In this document: positions 10,216-18,511 of the stretch, in pieces
Layout: every line of letters begins with the position of its first letter
How positions within the stretch are numbered: the stretch's first letter is position 1
From: Candidatus Obscuribacterales bacterium
Lineage (GTDB): Bacteria > Cyanobacteriota > Vampirovibrionia > Obscuribacterales > Obscuribacteraceae
DNA: 64,000 nucleotides
Assembly: GCA_965228855.1 (NCBI GenBank)
Contig: CBDDIJ010000002.1
Coordinates: 1,440,001-1,504,000 of the forward strand
Direction of reading: 5' to 3'
Translations under genes and position numbers: made by a program
Notes under the pieces: model-generated
What the model saw: only the letters and a program-made list of their open reading frames with translations
What the model was told of the DNA's origin: nothing
Database searches by the model: none

Positions 10216-11160
10216 ATGACATCAACCAACACCCAAACGAAATACCGATTAGTAACCCGTAGCGACTTCGACGGCCTGGTGTGCGCCGTAATGCTCAAGC
10301 ATATGAACATGATTGACGACATTTTGTTCGTCCACCCGAAAGACATGCAGGACGGCAAGGTCGAAATTACCGACCGCGATATAACCACCAACCTGCCATA
10401 TGTCGATGGCGTGCATCTCGCTTTCGACCACCATTTGAGCGAAACCATTCGCAATAAAGATAAGAAAGAAAACCATATTATCGACCCCGACGCGATGTCA
10501 GCGGCGCGCGTGGTGTGGGATCACTACGGCGGCGAAAAGACTTTCCCTTCGAAGTGGCTGGGGATGATGGAAGCCGTTGATAAGGCTGATGCTGCGCAAT
10601 TTAGCGTCGATGAGATATTGAATCCTACCGATTGGGTTTTACTGAATTACCTGATGGACCCTCGGACCGGTCTTGGTCGATTTCGCAATTTCAGGATTTC
10701 GAACTACAACCTGATGATGGAACTTATTGATGCGTGCAAAGACAAAGATATCTCCGAGATCATTCAGATGCCTGACGTCCAAGAGCGTGTTGTTCTGTAC
10801 CAAGAGCAGGCCGAGCTCTTTAAGGAGCAGGTAAAACGCTGTTCAACAGTACATAAGAATCTGATTGTTTTGAACCTGAAAGGCGAAGAAACCATTTACG
10901 CCGGCAACCGGTTTATGATCTACGCAATGTATCCGGAGACGAATATTTCAATTCACGTGCTCTGGGGACTGAAGCAGCAGAATACTGTTTTTGCAATCGG
11001 TAAATCCATCGTTAATAGAAGCTCGAAAACCAACATCGGTGAGCTTTGTCTAAAATACAACGGTGGTGGCCATGAGAAGGCCGGCACCTGTCAGATTGAA
11101 AATGATAAAGCTGACGGGGTACTCAAAGAGCTTGTCGAGCAGATTACGTCTGACGGCTAA
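10216..11160 (+). CDS. DHH/DHHA1-family phosphoesterase (exopolyphosphatase-related, nanoRNase-like)
   Basis: RLVTRSDFDGLVCA, AFDHH, GGGHEKAGTCQ motifs; GGAG RBS before ATG 10216. Confidence 0.9.
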   Translation: MTSTNTQTKYRLVTRSDFDGLVCAVMLKHMNMIDDILFVHPKDMQDGKVEITDRDITTNLPYVDGVHLAFDHHLSETIRNKDKKENHIIDPDAMSAARVVWDHYGGEKTFPSKWLGMMEAVDKADAAQFSVDEILNPTDWVLLNYLMDPRTGLGRFRNFRISNYNLMMELIDACKDKDISEIIQMPDVQERVVLYQEQAELFKEQVKRCSTVHKNLIVLNLKGEETIYAGNRFMIYAMYPETNISIHVLWGLKQQNTVFAIGKSIVNRSSKTNIGELCLKYNGGGHEKAGTCQIENDKADGVLKELVEQITSDG

Positions 11161-11167
11161 AGCTGCG

Positions 11168-13648
11168 TTAGAGAGACAGGAACTTCTGCAGCGTCTGAGT
11201 AGAAACAAGCGGATCTGCAGTTCTTACAACCCACTCGTTCTGTTTTATGATATCGCGGGTGGTGCTGGAAATCTGATAGAGGTTGAAAACGGCCTCGTCT
11301 ATCTTTTCTTGTATCTGTGATTCGCGCGTGTTTATGTAATCTATGCGCTCGGTCAGTCTTTTGTACGCGGATTCCGCGTCCTGCGAGTTCGGTTTTCCAT
11401 CCGTGCTGGCGGTGGCAACTGACGTAGCTGGCGTTATCGAGTTCAGTTCTGAATGTCCCAGCAGGCTTATGAATGCTGGTGATGCCGGGTTCATCCGATC
11501 CGCTTCCCTCGCCAAATCTACAGCTTCCATTGCCAATGCAGCTACGTCCCTCTCCGTGTCATGCGGCGGTTTTCGCATCGGGATTCGACGCAGATCGCCG
11601 ATTTGAAAATTCACGGTCGGGTTCAAAGTGCCTAAAATAAAGCGTATGAGCGATGAGTTGAGAAACCCAAGCATATAATTCAGATCGATTTCGTCGCTGA
11701 ATAGAGCTGAGCTTGCGATATCAAATACGCTACCAGGTGATAATAGTCGAGCTTTAAACCCTTTGGTGCCGATATACGAGTATGTGATGCCCTGACGGAA
11801 GTAGAAACGCTCACCAGGCAAGGCTCTTGATTGACCGCGGCCGGCTCGAAACTCGCGAATGTCGTTGCCGTCATCTTTCCACTCCAGCAGATACGGAGTT
11901 GTGCAGAACCATTTTTGTCCGCCACCTTTATCGTATGGAACGAATCCATTTTTCGTCAGCGAAGTTTCCTTACCAATCTCTGAGAAGTGGCGAACAAAGC
12001 GCTTGTTGTCGCATGTGAAAAGTCCGTTAGTTAAAGTGATACCGCAATCGCTTTGCGAGATTGTCGGAAGCATATCAAACAATTTGGCAATTTCTCCGGG
12101 GCATTGTCCGGCAAGCGGAAAACCCGGAATCATGCGGCTGATCGAAAGAAAGTCATTCTCGTCTATTTTGTGGTTTTGAACAGCCTGGACGCCGTCATGC
12201 TCAGCGACACGTTTTGATGCGGTGGAAACAACATTGTAAGCCCTGATTATATGGGAATCTTGAGGTTTGTCTGCTCGCATTCTGCTGAGAGAGATGATGG
12301 CATTATTGACTTTTTCACCGCCACGACTGTCAAAGCTACCAGGTCCCAGGTGGACGATACTGTTTATGTGGCATCTGTCGACTAATTGCCTGCGCAGTTC
12401 TTCGTAGCGCGCAGTGGTGAGAAAACTCTGCTGACAAATCAAAGCGAGCCGCCCTTCTTCTGTCATCAGTCTGATACCGAGTTCTAAAAACGCCGCGTAT
12501 AAATCATAGTGAGACGCGTTGTAGTTTTGAATGAGGAAGTCTGCCGATTCTCTGGGTAGAAGTCGGTGACTGAGGTATGGTGGATTGAGAGCGTGCGCGT
12601 CGAATCTTTCCGGCAACTCCGTAGCCGAAATTTGTGAACCGTCGATCCTGTAAAGGTCAACATGAGGACGTGGTTGGAGCGACAGGAGCAGGCTGCCGTG
12701 GCATGCGGGCTCCGGCAGTGCGGAGTCAAGTGCGCGCTCGCTCGAAAATGCAAAAATATGTGGTATCGGAAGTGGTGCCTGAGTTGAAAGGTCCCGGCAG
12801 GCGAGGTAGATAGAGAATGCTGAAAGACCTGCCATGAGCGGATCGATATCTATGCCGAACAGTTGTTGGTTTAAAACATGCTGAAGCGCCGCTTCAACGC
12901 TTTCCTCCTTCATCTGTGCGTCAACCAATTTGCGCAAGGCTGGAACGAGTATGTGACCGGCTCCGCATGATGAGTCCAGAAATTTAAAAGGTCGATCGCG
13001 GGGAATTTCGTTTGGAATACATTCGGCGATTAGGAAGTTTGCTATCCACTCGGGAGTAAACCACTGTGTTATTTGTGAGATCCCATGAACAGTTTTAGAT
13101 CCACGCAGATCGCTGTAGTTGTTTCGCTTCAAGAGGAGGCACTGATAGATCCAACCGGTGAAGAGGGGGTCTGTGATTTGGTTTAAGGCAAGCTTGTCTT
13201 CGCAAATGGTTTGAAACCTTTCTTCAAGCCAGACCCCGAGTTCGCCTGCTGTTGCTGACATCGATAGCACTGCGTGGGTCGCAATCTGGCTCGCCAGCGA
13301 GCTGGAATCGATCGATATGTTTTGAATCGCGAATAGTTTTCTGGCGGTCAGCTCAATCAGCTTGCCGGCCGGTGTGCCATCAAGCCGCTCAGGCAGCAAG
13401 CCTCGACAGGCGAGCGAAAGTGTCGCGGCGATTGCAATCGAATCGTCACCAGTCTCCGAAAGAGTCTCGGCCATGGCGCCAACGAGGCCCAGACGACTCC
13501 TCGAAGCGCGCTTGTCACGCGCTGCATTATTAGTTCGTGTTTGTTTTCCGGCTCTGCCTGTCATCCTCTTCTGTCCGAGGTTTTTGTCTGTTGTGCTGGA
13601 GCGCTCAAAGGATTTGTTGTTCCTGTGTGACATCGTGCGTAAGTTCAC
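11168..13648 (-). CDS. N6-adenine DNA methyltransferase, BREX PglX/Eco57I-like
   Basis: TQWFTPEWI, SAM motif FLDSSCGAGHIL, LFGIDID, catalytic NPPY, DLYAAF, PglX-like PYDKGGGQKW and LNPTVNFQIGDL. Start uncertain. Confidence 0.85.
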   Translation of the reverse strand: MNLRTMSHRNNKSFERSSTTDKNLGQKRMTGRAGKQTRTNNAARDKRASRSRLGLVGAMAETLSETGDDSIAIAATLSLACRGLLPERLDGTPAGKLIELTARKLFAIQNISIDSSSLASQIATHAVLSMSATAGELGVWLEERFQTICEDKLALNQITDPLFTGWIYQCLLLKRNNYSDLRGSKTVHGISQITQWFTPEWIANFLIAECIPNEIPRDRPFKFLDSSCGAGHILVPALRKLVDAQMKEESVEAALQHVLNQQLFGIDIDPLMAGLSAFSIYLACRDLSTQAPLPIPHIFAFSSERALDSALPEPACHGSLLLSLQPRPHVDLYRIDGSQISATELPERFDAHALNPPYLSHRLLPRESADFLIQNYNASHYDLYAAFLELGIRLMTEEGRLALICQQSFLTTARYEELRRQLVDRCHINSIVHLGPGSFDSRGGEKVNNAIISLSRMRADKPQDSHIIRAYNVVSTASKRVAEHDGVQAVQNHKIDENDFLSISRMIPGFPLAGQCPGEIAKLFDMLPTISQSDCGITLTNGLFTCDNKRFVRHFSEIGKETSLTKNGFVPYDKGGGQKWFCTTPYLLEWKDDGNDIREFRAGRGQSRALPGERFYFRQGITYSYIGTKGFKARLLSPGSVFDIASSALFSDEIDLNYMLGFLNSSLIRFILGTLNPTVNFQIGDLRRIPMRKPPHDTERDVAALAMEAVDLAREADRMNPASPAFISLLGHSELNSITPATSVATASTDGKPNSQDAESAYKRLTERIDYINTRESQIQEKIDEAVFNLYQISSTTRDIIKQNEWVVRTADPLVSTQTLQKFLSL

Positions 13649-13756
13649 ATTTTAGCGAGTTCCAGCACACCATGAAGATAAGACTATGGACGGCTGAACG
13701 AGTTGTCATTTGGTGTATAAATTCAATAGCTTGGTTATATGTTTTAGGAGCTGGTT

Positions 13757-14899
13757 ATGGCTGTTAATCGTGGCTTAGAGGATGTCGTTGCTGCTGAGTC
13801 CTCAATCTGTAAGGTGGATGGCGAGAAGGGGCGCCTCATCTATCGTGGTTATGACATCGATGATCTCGCAGAAAATGCGACTTATGAAGAAGTAGTTTAT
13901 TTGCTTTGGTTCGGTCGGTTGCCCGTGAGAGAGGAGCTCGAAACTCTTCGCAAGGAGCTAGGCGCTAACCGTGCATTGCCTGAAGAACTTGTCGACGAAA
14001 TGAAGAAATGGCCCAAGCATGCAGTGCCGATGGAAGTGCTGCGCTCGGCAACTTCGCTTCTTTCTATGTGGGACGCGGATGCCAGTGAAAATGATCGCTC
14101 TGCCAATATTCGCAAGGCGACTCGTTTGACGGCTCAGCTTCCTACAATTGTCGCTTACTGGGATTGTATTCGCGAAGGACGTGAGCTAGTTGAGCCTAAG
14201 CCGGAACACACTACTGCAGCCAGTTTTCTCTACCTGCTTCACAGCGGGAAAGAACCCGATGAAGTAGCGGTTAAGTCGCTTGATGTAGCGTTGATTCTTC
14301 ATGCGGAGCACGAACTCAACGCATCCACGTTTGCCGCACGCGTTGCAGCCGGAACGCTCAGCGACATGCACTCGGCCGTGACTGCCGCAATCGGGACCCT
14401 GAAAGGACCTCTGCATGGTGGCGCTAATCAGGAAGTAATAAAAATGCTTCTGGAGATTGGTGAAGTTGCGAATGTCGAGCCTTACGTCAAGAAGATGTTC
14501 GCGGAGAAAAAGAAACTGATGGGCTTTGGTCACAGAGTCTATAAAGTGCAGGATCCGCGCGCATTTCACTTGCGTAAAATGTCCGAGGAGCTTTGCAGAG
14601 GCGCCAATCAAATGAAATGGTATGAAATGTCGACCATAATCGAGCGACTTGCTAAGGAAGAGAAAAAGCTCAACTGCAATGTCGACTTTTATTCTGCGTC
14701 GGTCTATCACGTGCTCGGTATTCCGCGAGACCTGTTCACGCCAATCTTCGCCATCAGTCGGATTTCTGGTTGGACCGCGCACATTCTCGAACAGCTCCAG
14801 GACAATCGCTTGATTCGTCCGGAAGCTGAATACACCGGTCACATGGACCTCAAGTACGTTCCGATTGAACAGCGCAAGGAAGTAGCCACCGCTAAGTAG
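13757..14899 (+). CDS. gltA: Citrate synthase (short, Gram-positive/cyanobacterial type)
   Basis: GLEDVVA, HAEHELNASTF, GPLHGGAN, GFGHRVYK, NVDFYSA; AGGAG RBS. Confidence 0.95.
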   Translation: MAVNRGLEDVVAAESSICKVDGEKGRLIYRGYDIDDLAENATYEEVVYLLWFGRLPVREELETLRKELGANRALPEELVDEMKKWPKHAVPMEVLRSATSLLSMWDADASENDRSANIRKATRLTAQLPTIVAYWDCIREGRELVEPKPEHTTAASFLYLLHSGKEPDEVAVKSLDVALILHAEHELNASTFAARVAAGTLSDMHSAVTAAIGTLKGPLHGGANQEVIKMLLEIGEVANVEPYVKKMFAEKKKLMGFGHRVYKVQDPRAFHLRKMSEELCRGANQMKWYEMSTIIERLAKEEKKLNCNVDFYSASVYHVLGIPRDLFTPIFAISRISGWTAHILEQLQDNRLIRPEAEYTGHMDLKYVPIEQRKEVATAK

Positions 14900-14923
14900 T
14901 TCGCTAAATTTGGAAAAGCATTG

Positions 14924-14952
14924 AAGGGCTCGAGTAACCACTCGAGCCTTTT
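14924..14952. terminator. Intrinsic terminator between convergent gltA and RDD genes
   Basis: GGCTCGAG-TAACCA-CTCGAGCC followed by TTTT. Confidence 0.75.
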
Positions 14953-15730
14953 ATTCGAGTCCGCGTGCCTGATAGGAAAGAAAGACTTTTTCTAGAAACG
15001 CCTCGCCGTCATCGGTTTTTCCGTCGGTCCCAGGTGTTTCGGAGAGTTTGTCGCGGAAATAGGTTTCAAGCCGTTTAGCTACAACCGGTCTGTGTGCGGG
15101 TGAGAGAGTTGTGCGTCGTTTGAGGAAGCGAGCAAGAAGGTCGTACTCATCCGGTGTGACGCGACCGATGTCAAGCAAGCTGTCGGCTTGTGCATTTGTC
15201 AGCATTTTGATTTCCGACGTGGCGAGATCGGTGGTTCGCTCTCTAATGACCAGAGTGCCCGCCGCCAGATCGCCCAATCGGCGCTCGTTCTTGTCGATTA
15301 ACATAACCAGAAGTCCAATCAAGAGGAGCCCAGTGTCGAGGACGCGAACAAAATTGCGAATGCAAACCGCCGCCCAGCCGACTGGTTGACCGTTTGTCTC
15401 GATAACTCGAATGCGGGCTATCCGCTTTCCTGGGGTCTGGCCTGCCCAGATGCCCTCGAAAAAGATGTTGTACCCGAAGGTGATTATGAAAGCCACGAAT
15501 ATAGCAATCATGGCTGTTACCATCAATAATGCGTTGTGCGGCAGGGCGAGAACTTTTGTTTGATCTAGAATGAAACCGATAAGAATGAAGGTGAGGCCAA
15601 TGCAGGTAATCACGGTTCCGCTTATCATTGAGTCGATCATCGTGGCAAGCACGCGATTGCCAATCCCGGCAAGCTCGAGGTGTAGGTCAACATTTTCCGG
15701 GGTAGAGATCGAGTAGTCTGGACTTTGCAT
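14951..15730 (-). CDS. RDD family membrane protein
   Basis: ISTPENVDL..LAGIGNRVLATMID, GQTPGKR, RNFVRVLD, RRLGDLAAGTLVI. Confidence 0.9.
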   Translation of the reverse strand: MQSPDYSISTPENVDLHLELAGIGNRVLATMIDSMISGTVITCIGLTFILIGFILDQTKVLALPHNALLMVTAMIAIFVAFIITFGYNIFFEGIWAGQTPGKRIARIRVIETNGQPVGWAAVCIRNFVRVLDTGLLLIGLLVMLIDKNERRLGDLAAGTLVIRERTTDLATSEIKMLTNAQADSLLDIGRVTPDEYDLLARFLKRRTTLSPAHRPVVAKRLETYFRDKLSETPGTDGKTDDGEAFLEKVFLSYQARGLE

Positions 15731-15738
15731 TTGATTCT

Positions 15739-16746
15739 ATGAACGTTGAGCGCTGGCTGAAAACAAGAAGAACGACCTGGGAAAAGCTCGAAGAGCTGCT
15801 AATGCTGACTGACAAACAGGGAGTGGCTGGGCTCGATCGGCAGCAACTGCAGGAACTTGGCAGGCTGTATAGGACCACATCTGCGGATCTATCTCGGGCG
15901 CGAGCCCTGAAGCTTAGCCATGAAGTGCAAACGTACCTCAATAACCTGGTGGTTCGAGCTCACAACCAAGTGTATCAGACCGACCGAAATCGCTGGTTGG
16001 ACCTCTTCCGTTTTCTCTGGGTCGAATTTCCGCGACTGATAAGAGAAAACATTTTGTACCTGGCTCTTTCTACGACCTTATTTCTGCTGCCGGCGGTGGG
16101 TAGTTTCTTCGCCGTTACCCAGGACGTGAAGTTCGCCCAATTGGAAATTGCCAAAGGTCACCCACTGGTTTCAGAAGATTTATGGAATACCATTCAACAT
16201 AAAAAAATGTGGACTGACGCTGTGCAGGACTCAAGCCCTACTGCGTTCAGCCTGATTGCGACCAACAATATAAGAATCGCGATTATGGCTTTTGTCTTTG
16301 GTATTACCTTTGGTGTCGGGACCGTATACGTGCTCATTTTTAACGGCATCTCGATCGGGACGGTTTTCGGTCTCTGTCACGCTCACGGCATGGCACATCG
16401 CCTCAGTCAATTCGTTGCTCCACACGGGGTGCTCGAGTTGATGGCGATTTTTATCAGCGGTGCGGCCGGGCTTGTGATCGGAAAATCTCTTTTGTTTCCC
16501 GGGCCGTATAAACGGATCGTCGCTTTTCGAAGAGCATGTAAAACTGCGCTGGGTTTGTTTTCCGGTACGGTTCCGATTTTATTCGTGGCTGGCTGCATTG
16601 AAGGGTTTGTCTCTCCTCGTACCGATATACAGCCGGATACTAAGTATCTTGTAAGTGTGTGTACCGGTATATTTCTCATGCTCTATCTGTTTATACCGCG
16701 GGGTGCGCAAGTCGATATGACCCAAGACTCCACCGGCGGTGCCTGA
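15739..16746 (+). CDS. Stage II sporulation protein M (SpoIIM/DUF95) family membrane protein
   Basis: LYRTTSADLSRAR, TNNIRIA, PHGVLELMAI, AGCIEGFVSP. Confidence 0.9.
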   Translation: MNVERWLKTRRTTWEKLEELLMLTDKQGVAGLDRQQLQELGRLYRTTSADLSRARALKLSHEVQTYLNNLVVRAHNQVYQTDRNRWLDLFRFLWVEFPRLIRENILYLALSTTLFLLPAVGSFFAVTQDVKFAQLEIAKGHPLVSEDLWNTIQHKKMWTDAVQDSSPTAFSLIATNNIRIAIMAFVFGITFGVGTVYVLIFNGISIGTVFGLCHAHGMAHRLSQFVAPHGVLELMAIFISGAAGLVIGKSLLFPGPYKRIVAFRRACKTALGLFSGTVPILFVAGCIEGFVSPRTDIQPDTKYLVSVCTGIFLMLYLFIPRGAQVDMTQDSTGGA

Positions 16747-16784
16747 GATGAAATTACTTCTCGCCGCTACCCAACTGGGGCGGC

Positions 16785-18422
16785 ATGGGGTTACAATATG
16801 ATTTGACGAGTGGTATATCTACTCGCTATCTATTGCGGGCGACACTACGGATTATGACGATGCCGTCAGGCACAACGGGCACCAATCGCGCTAAGCGCGG
16901 CAGCAACAACCCTATCGAGATACCGTCTATGGTGGCTGCGCGTCAGAAGGCGCCGGGCGCTGCAGTGAACCTGCAAGGAACCATATCCGGTGGCAGCACC
17001 GCTGAGGTCCTCGAAGCCTTTAATAATGCTCTGGCTCAAAGCGATTCAGCAACTTACAGTGACTTGCAAGCGCACAGTAAGTCGGAAGCGTTATCAGATC
17101 TCTTTCCTGCCGAGCATACCGTCCAAAGTTGGGAAGTTGAAACTCAGAATGATCTGAAGACAATCGGTGGCACGTTCGTAGCGAATCAGGAACGTATTGG
17201 GCAGCATAAAGTTTCTAAACAAGCCGAGTCGAAACAGACCGAGTTGAAAACTAGCGCACCGCCGGTGAAGGCATTTAAATTTTTCAATCCGATTTCGTTC
17301 ATCGGTTTGTTCAGTTCAAAGAAAGCCAAGAAAAAAAAGAAACGGTGGAGACCGACGCCTCCCGGTCAGAAGCTGATCAAAGGTATTGTCGTAGCTTGCC
17401 TTTTGTTGCTGGTGCAGGCTCTTTATCATCTTGGTGTTCCTGTAGATTTGTCGCAGGGTCGGGCTCACCAGATTAAGCTGCAGCCACCCTTTCAGCTGAC
17501 TACCGAGCTTTCCCAGTTGCAAAAGGAGCTCACGGGGCTTCATGCAGGCACGTCTATCGATGCCGGTGTATTCGCGATCAATCTGGACAACGGGCAGTAT
17601 GTAGACAGTCACGGCAGAGACAAGTTTTCGTCCGCGAGTATGATCAAGCTCCCCATTCTCGTCAGCTTGCTTATGGCAGTTGAGCGCGGCGAATGCACTA
17701 TGGACGACGAATTGGAAATTCGGCAGGACTTGATCACGTCCGGTAGCGGAATCCTGCAGTGGAAGCCGGTTGGAACTAAACTCAGTGTTAAGCGCGCAGC
17801 GCAGTTGATGATTATAGTGTCCGACAATACTGCTACCAATATGCTGATCGACAAGCTTGGTGGTTTCGATCGTGTGAACAAAGACTTCCACCGCTGGGGG
17901 CTTAAACAGACCAAAGTCAATAATTGGCTCGTCGATGTGGAAGGTACGAACACTACATGCCCCTACGACCTTGTTTATCTTTTGGGTCGCGTCGACCACG
18001 GTGAACTGGTGAATCCCGAGCACCGAGCCTTCATGTACGACATCATGGGGCATTGTAAGAACCGATCGCTCCTCGTTCCGGGTCTCGGTCCCGGCGCTAA
18101 GATTATTCATAAAACTGGAACTATTGGTATCATGGTCGGTGACGCGGGGATTGTAACCACCAGTGGTGGCACACGCTACGCTGTGTCAATTCAGTGTCAG
18201 CGCAAACGTAACGATACACACGCGAACAATTTCATCAGAGAAGCTTCTCGCCGTATTTATAACGAGTACTCGACCCATCCGGCCTCGCCCAAGCTCAAAG
18301 AGCTTCAGGCTGAAGAAGCCATTGCAGCCGCGACTGACGACAGCGAACCAGCGGTCGAGCCGGCTCATGAACAGCCTCGTGAAACGCGCCGTCATTCGCG
18401 CAAGAGAAAGAGACGGAAGTAA
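16785..18422 (+). CDS. Class A beta-lactamase-like serine hydrolase (cyanobacterial PBP-A-like) with N-terminal extension and TM
   Basis: SxxK (ASMIK), SDN and HKTG motifs; TM segment before the catalytic domain. Start uncertain. Confidence 0.85.
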   Translation: MGLQYDLTSGISTRYLLRATLRIMTMPSGTTGTNRAKRGSNNPIEIPSMVAARQKAPGAAVNLQGTISGGSTAEVLEAFNNALAQSDSATYSDLQAHSKSEALSDLFPAEHTVQSWEVETQNDLKTIGGTFVANQERIGQHKVSKQAESKQTELKTSAPPVKAFKFFNPISFIGLFSSKKAKKKKKRWRPTPPGQKLIKGIVVACLLLLVQALYHLGVPVDLSQGRAHQIKLQPPFQLTTELSQLQKELTGLHAGTSIDAGVFAINLDNGQYVDSHGRDKFSSASMIKLPILVSLLMAVERGECTMDDELEIRQDLITSGSGILQWKPVGTKLSVKRAAQLMIIVSDNTATNMLIDKLGGFDRVNKDFHRWGLKQTKVNNWLVDVEGTNTTCPYDLVYLLGRVDHGELVNPEHRAFMYDIMGHCKNRSLLVPGLGPGAKIIHKTGTIGIMVGDAGIVTTSGGTRYAVSIQCQRKRNDTHANNFIREASRRIYNEYSTHPASPKLKELQAEEAIAAATDDSEPAVEPAHEQPRETRRHSRKRKRRK

Positions 18423-18511
18423 AGAGCTTTACACAACGTTTTTAAGCCCTCCAAGCGTTTGGCCGAGGAGTAGAATATATTGCTCTGACCTACTGTCGAT
18501 TCTGGGAGCAT

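Noticed and set aside
16785..18422. Antibiotic-resistance beta-lactamase
   Set aside because: Membrane-anchored, with a long N-terminus and an omega-loop region (NNWLVDVEG) lacking the class A Glu166 pattern; more likely PBP-A-like.
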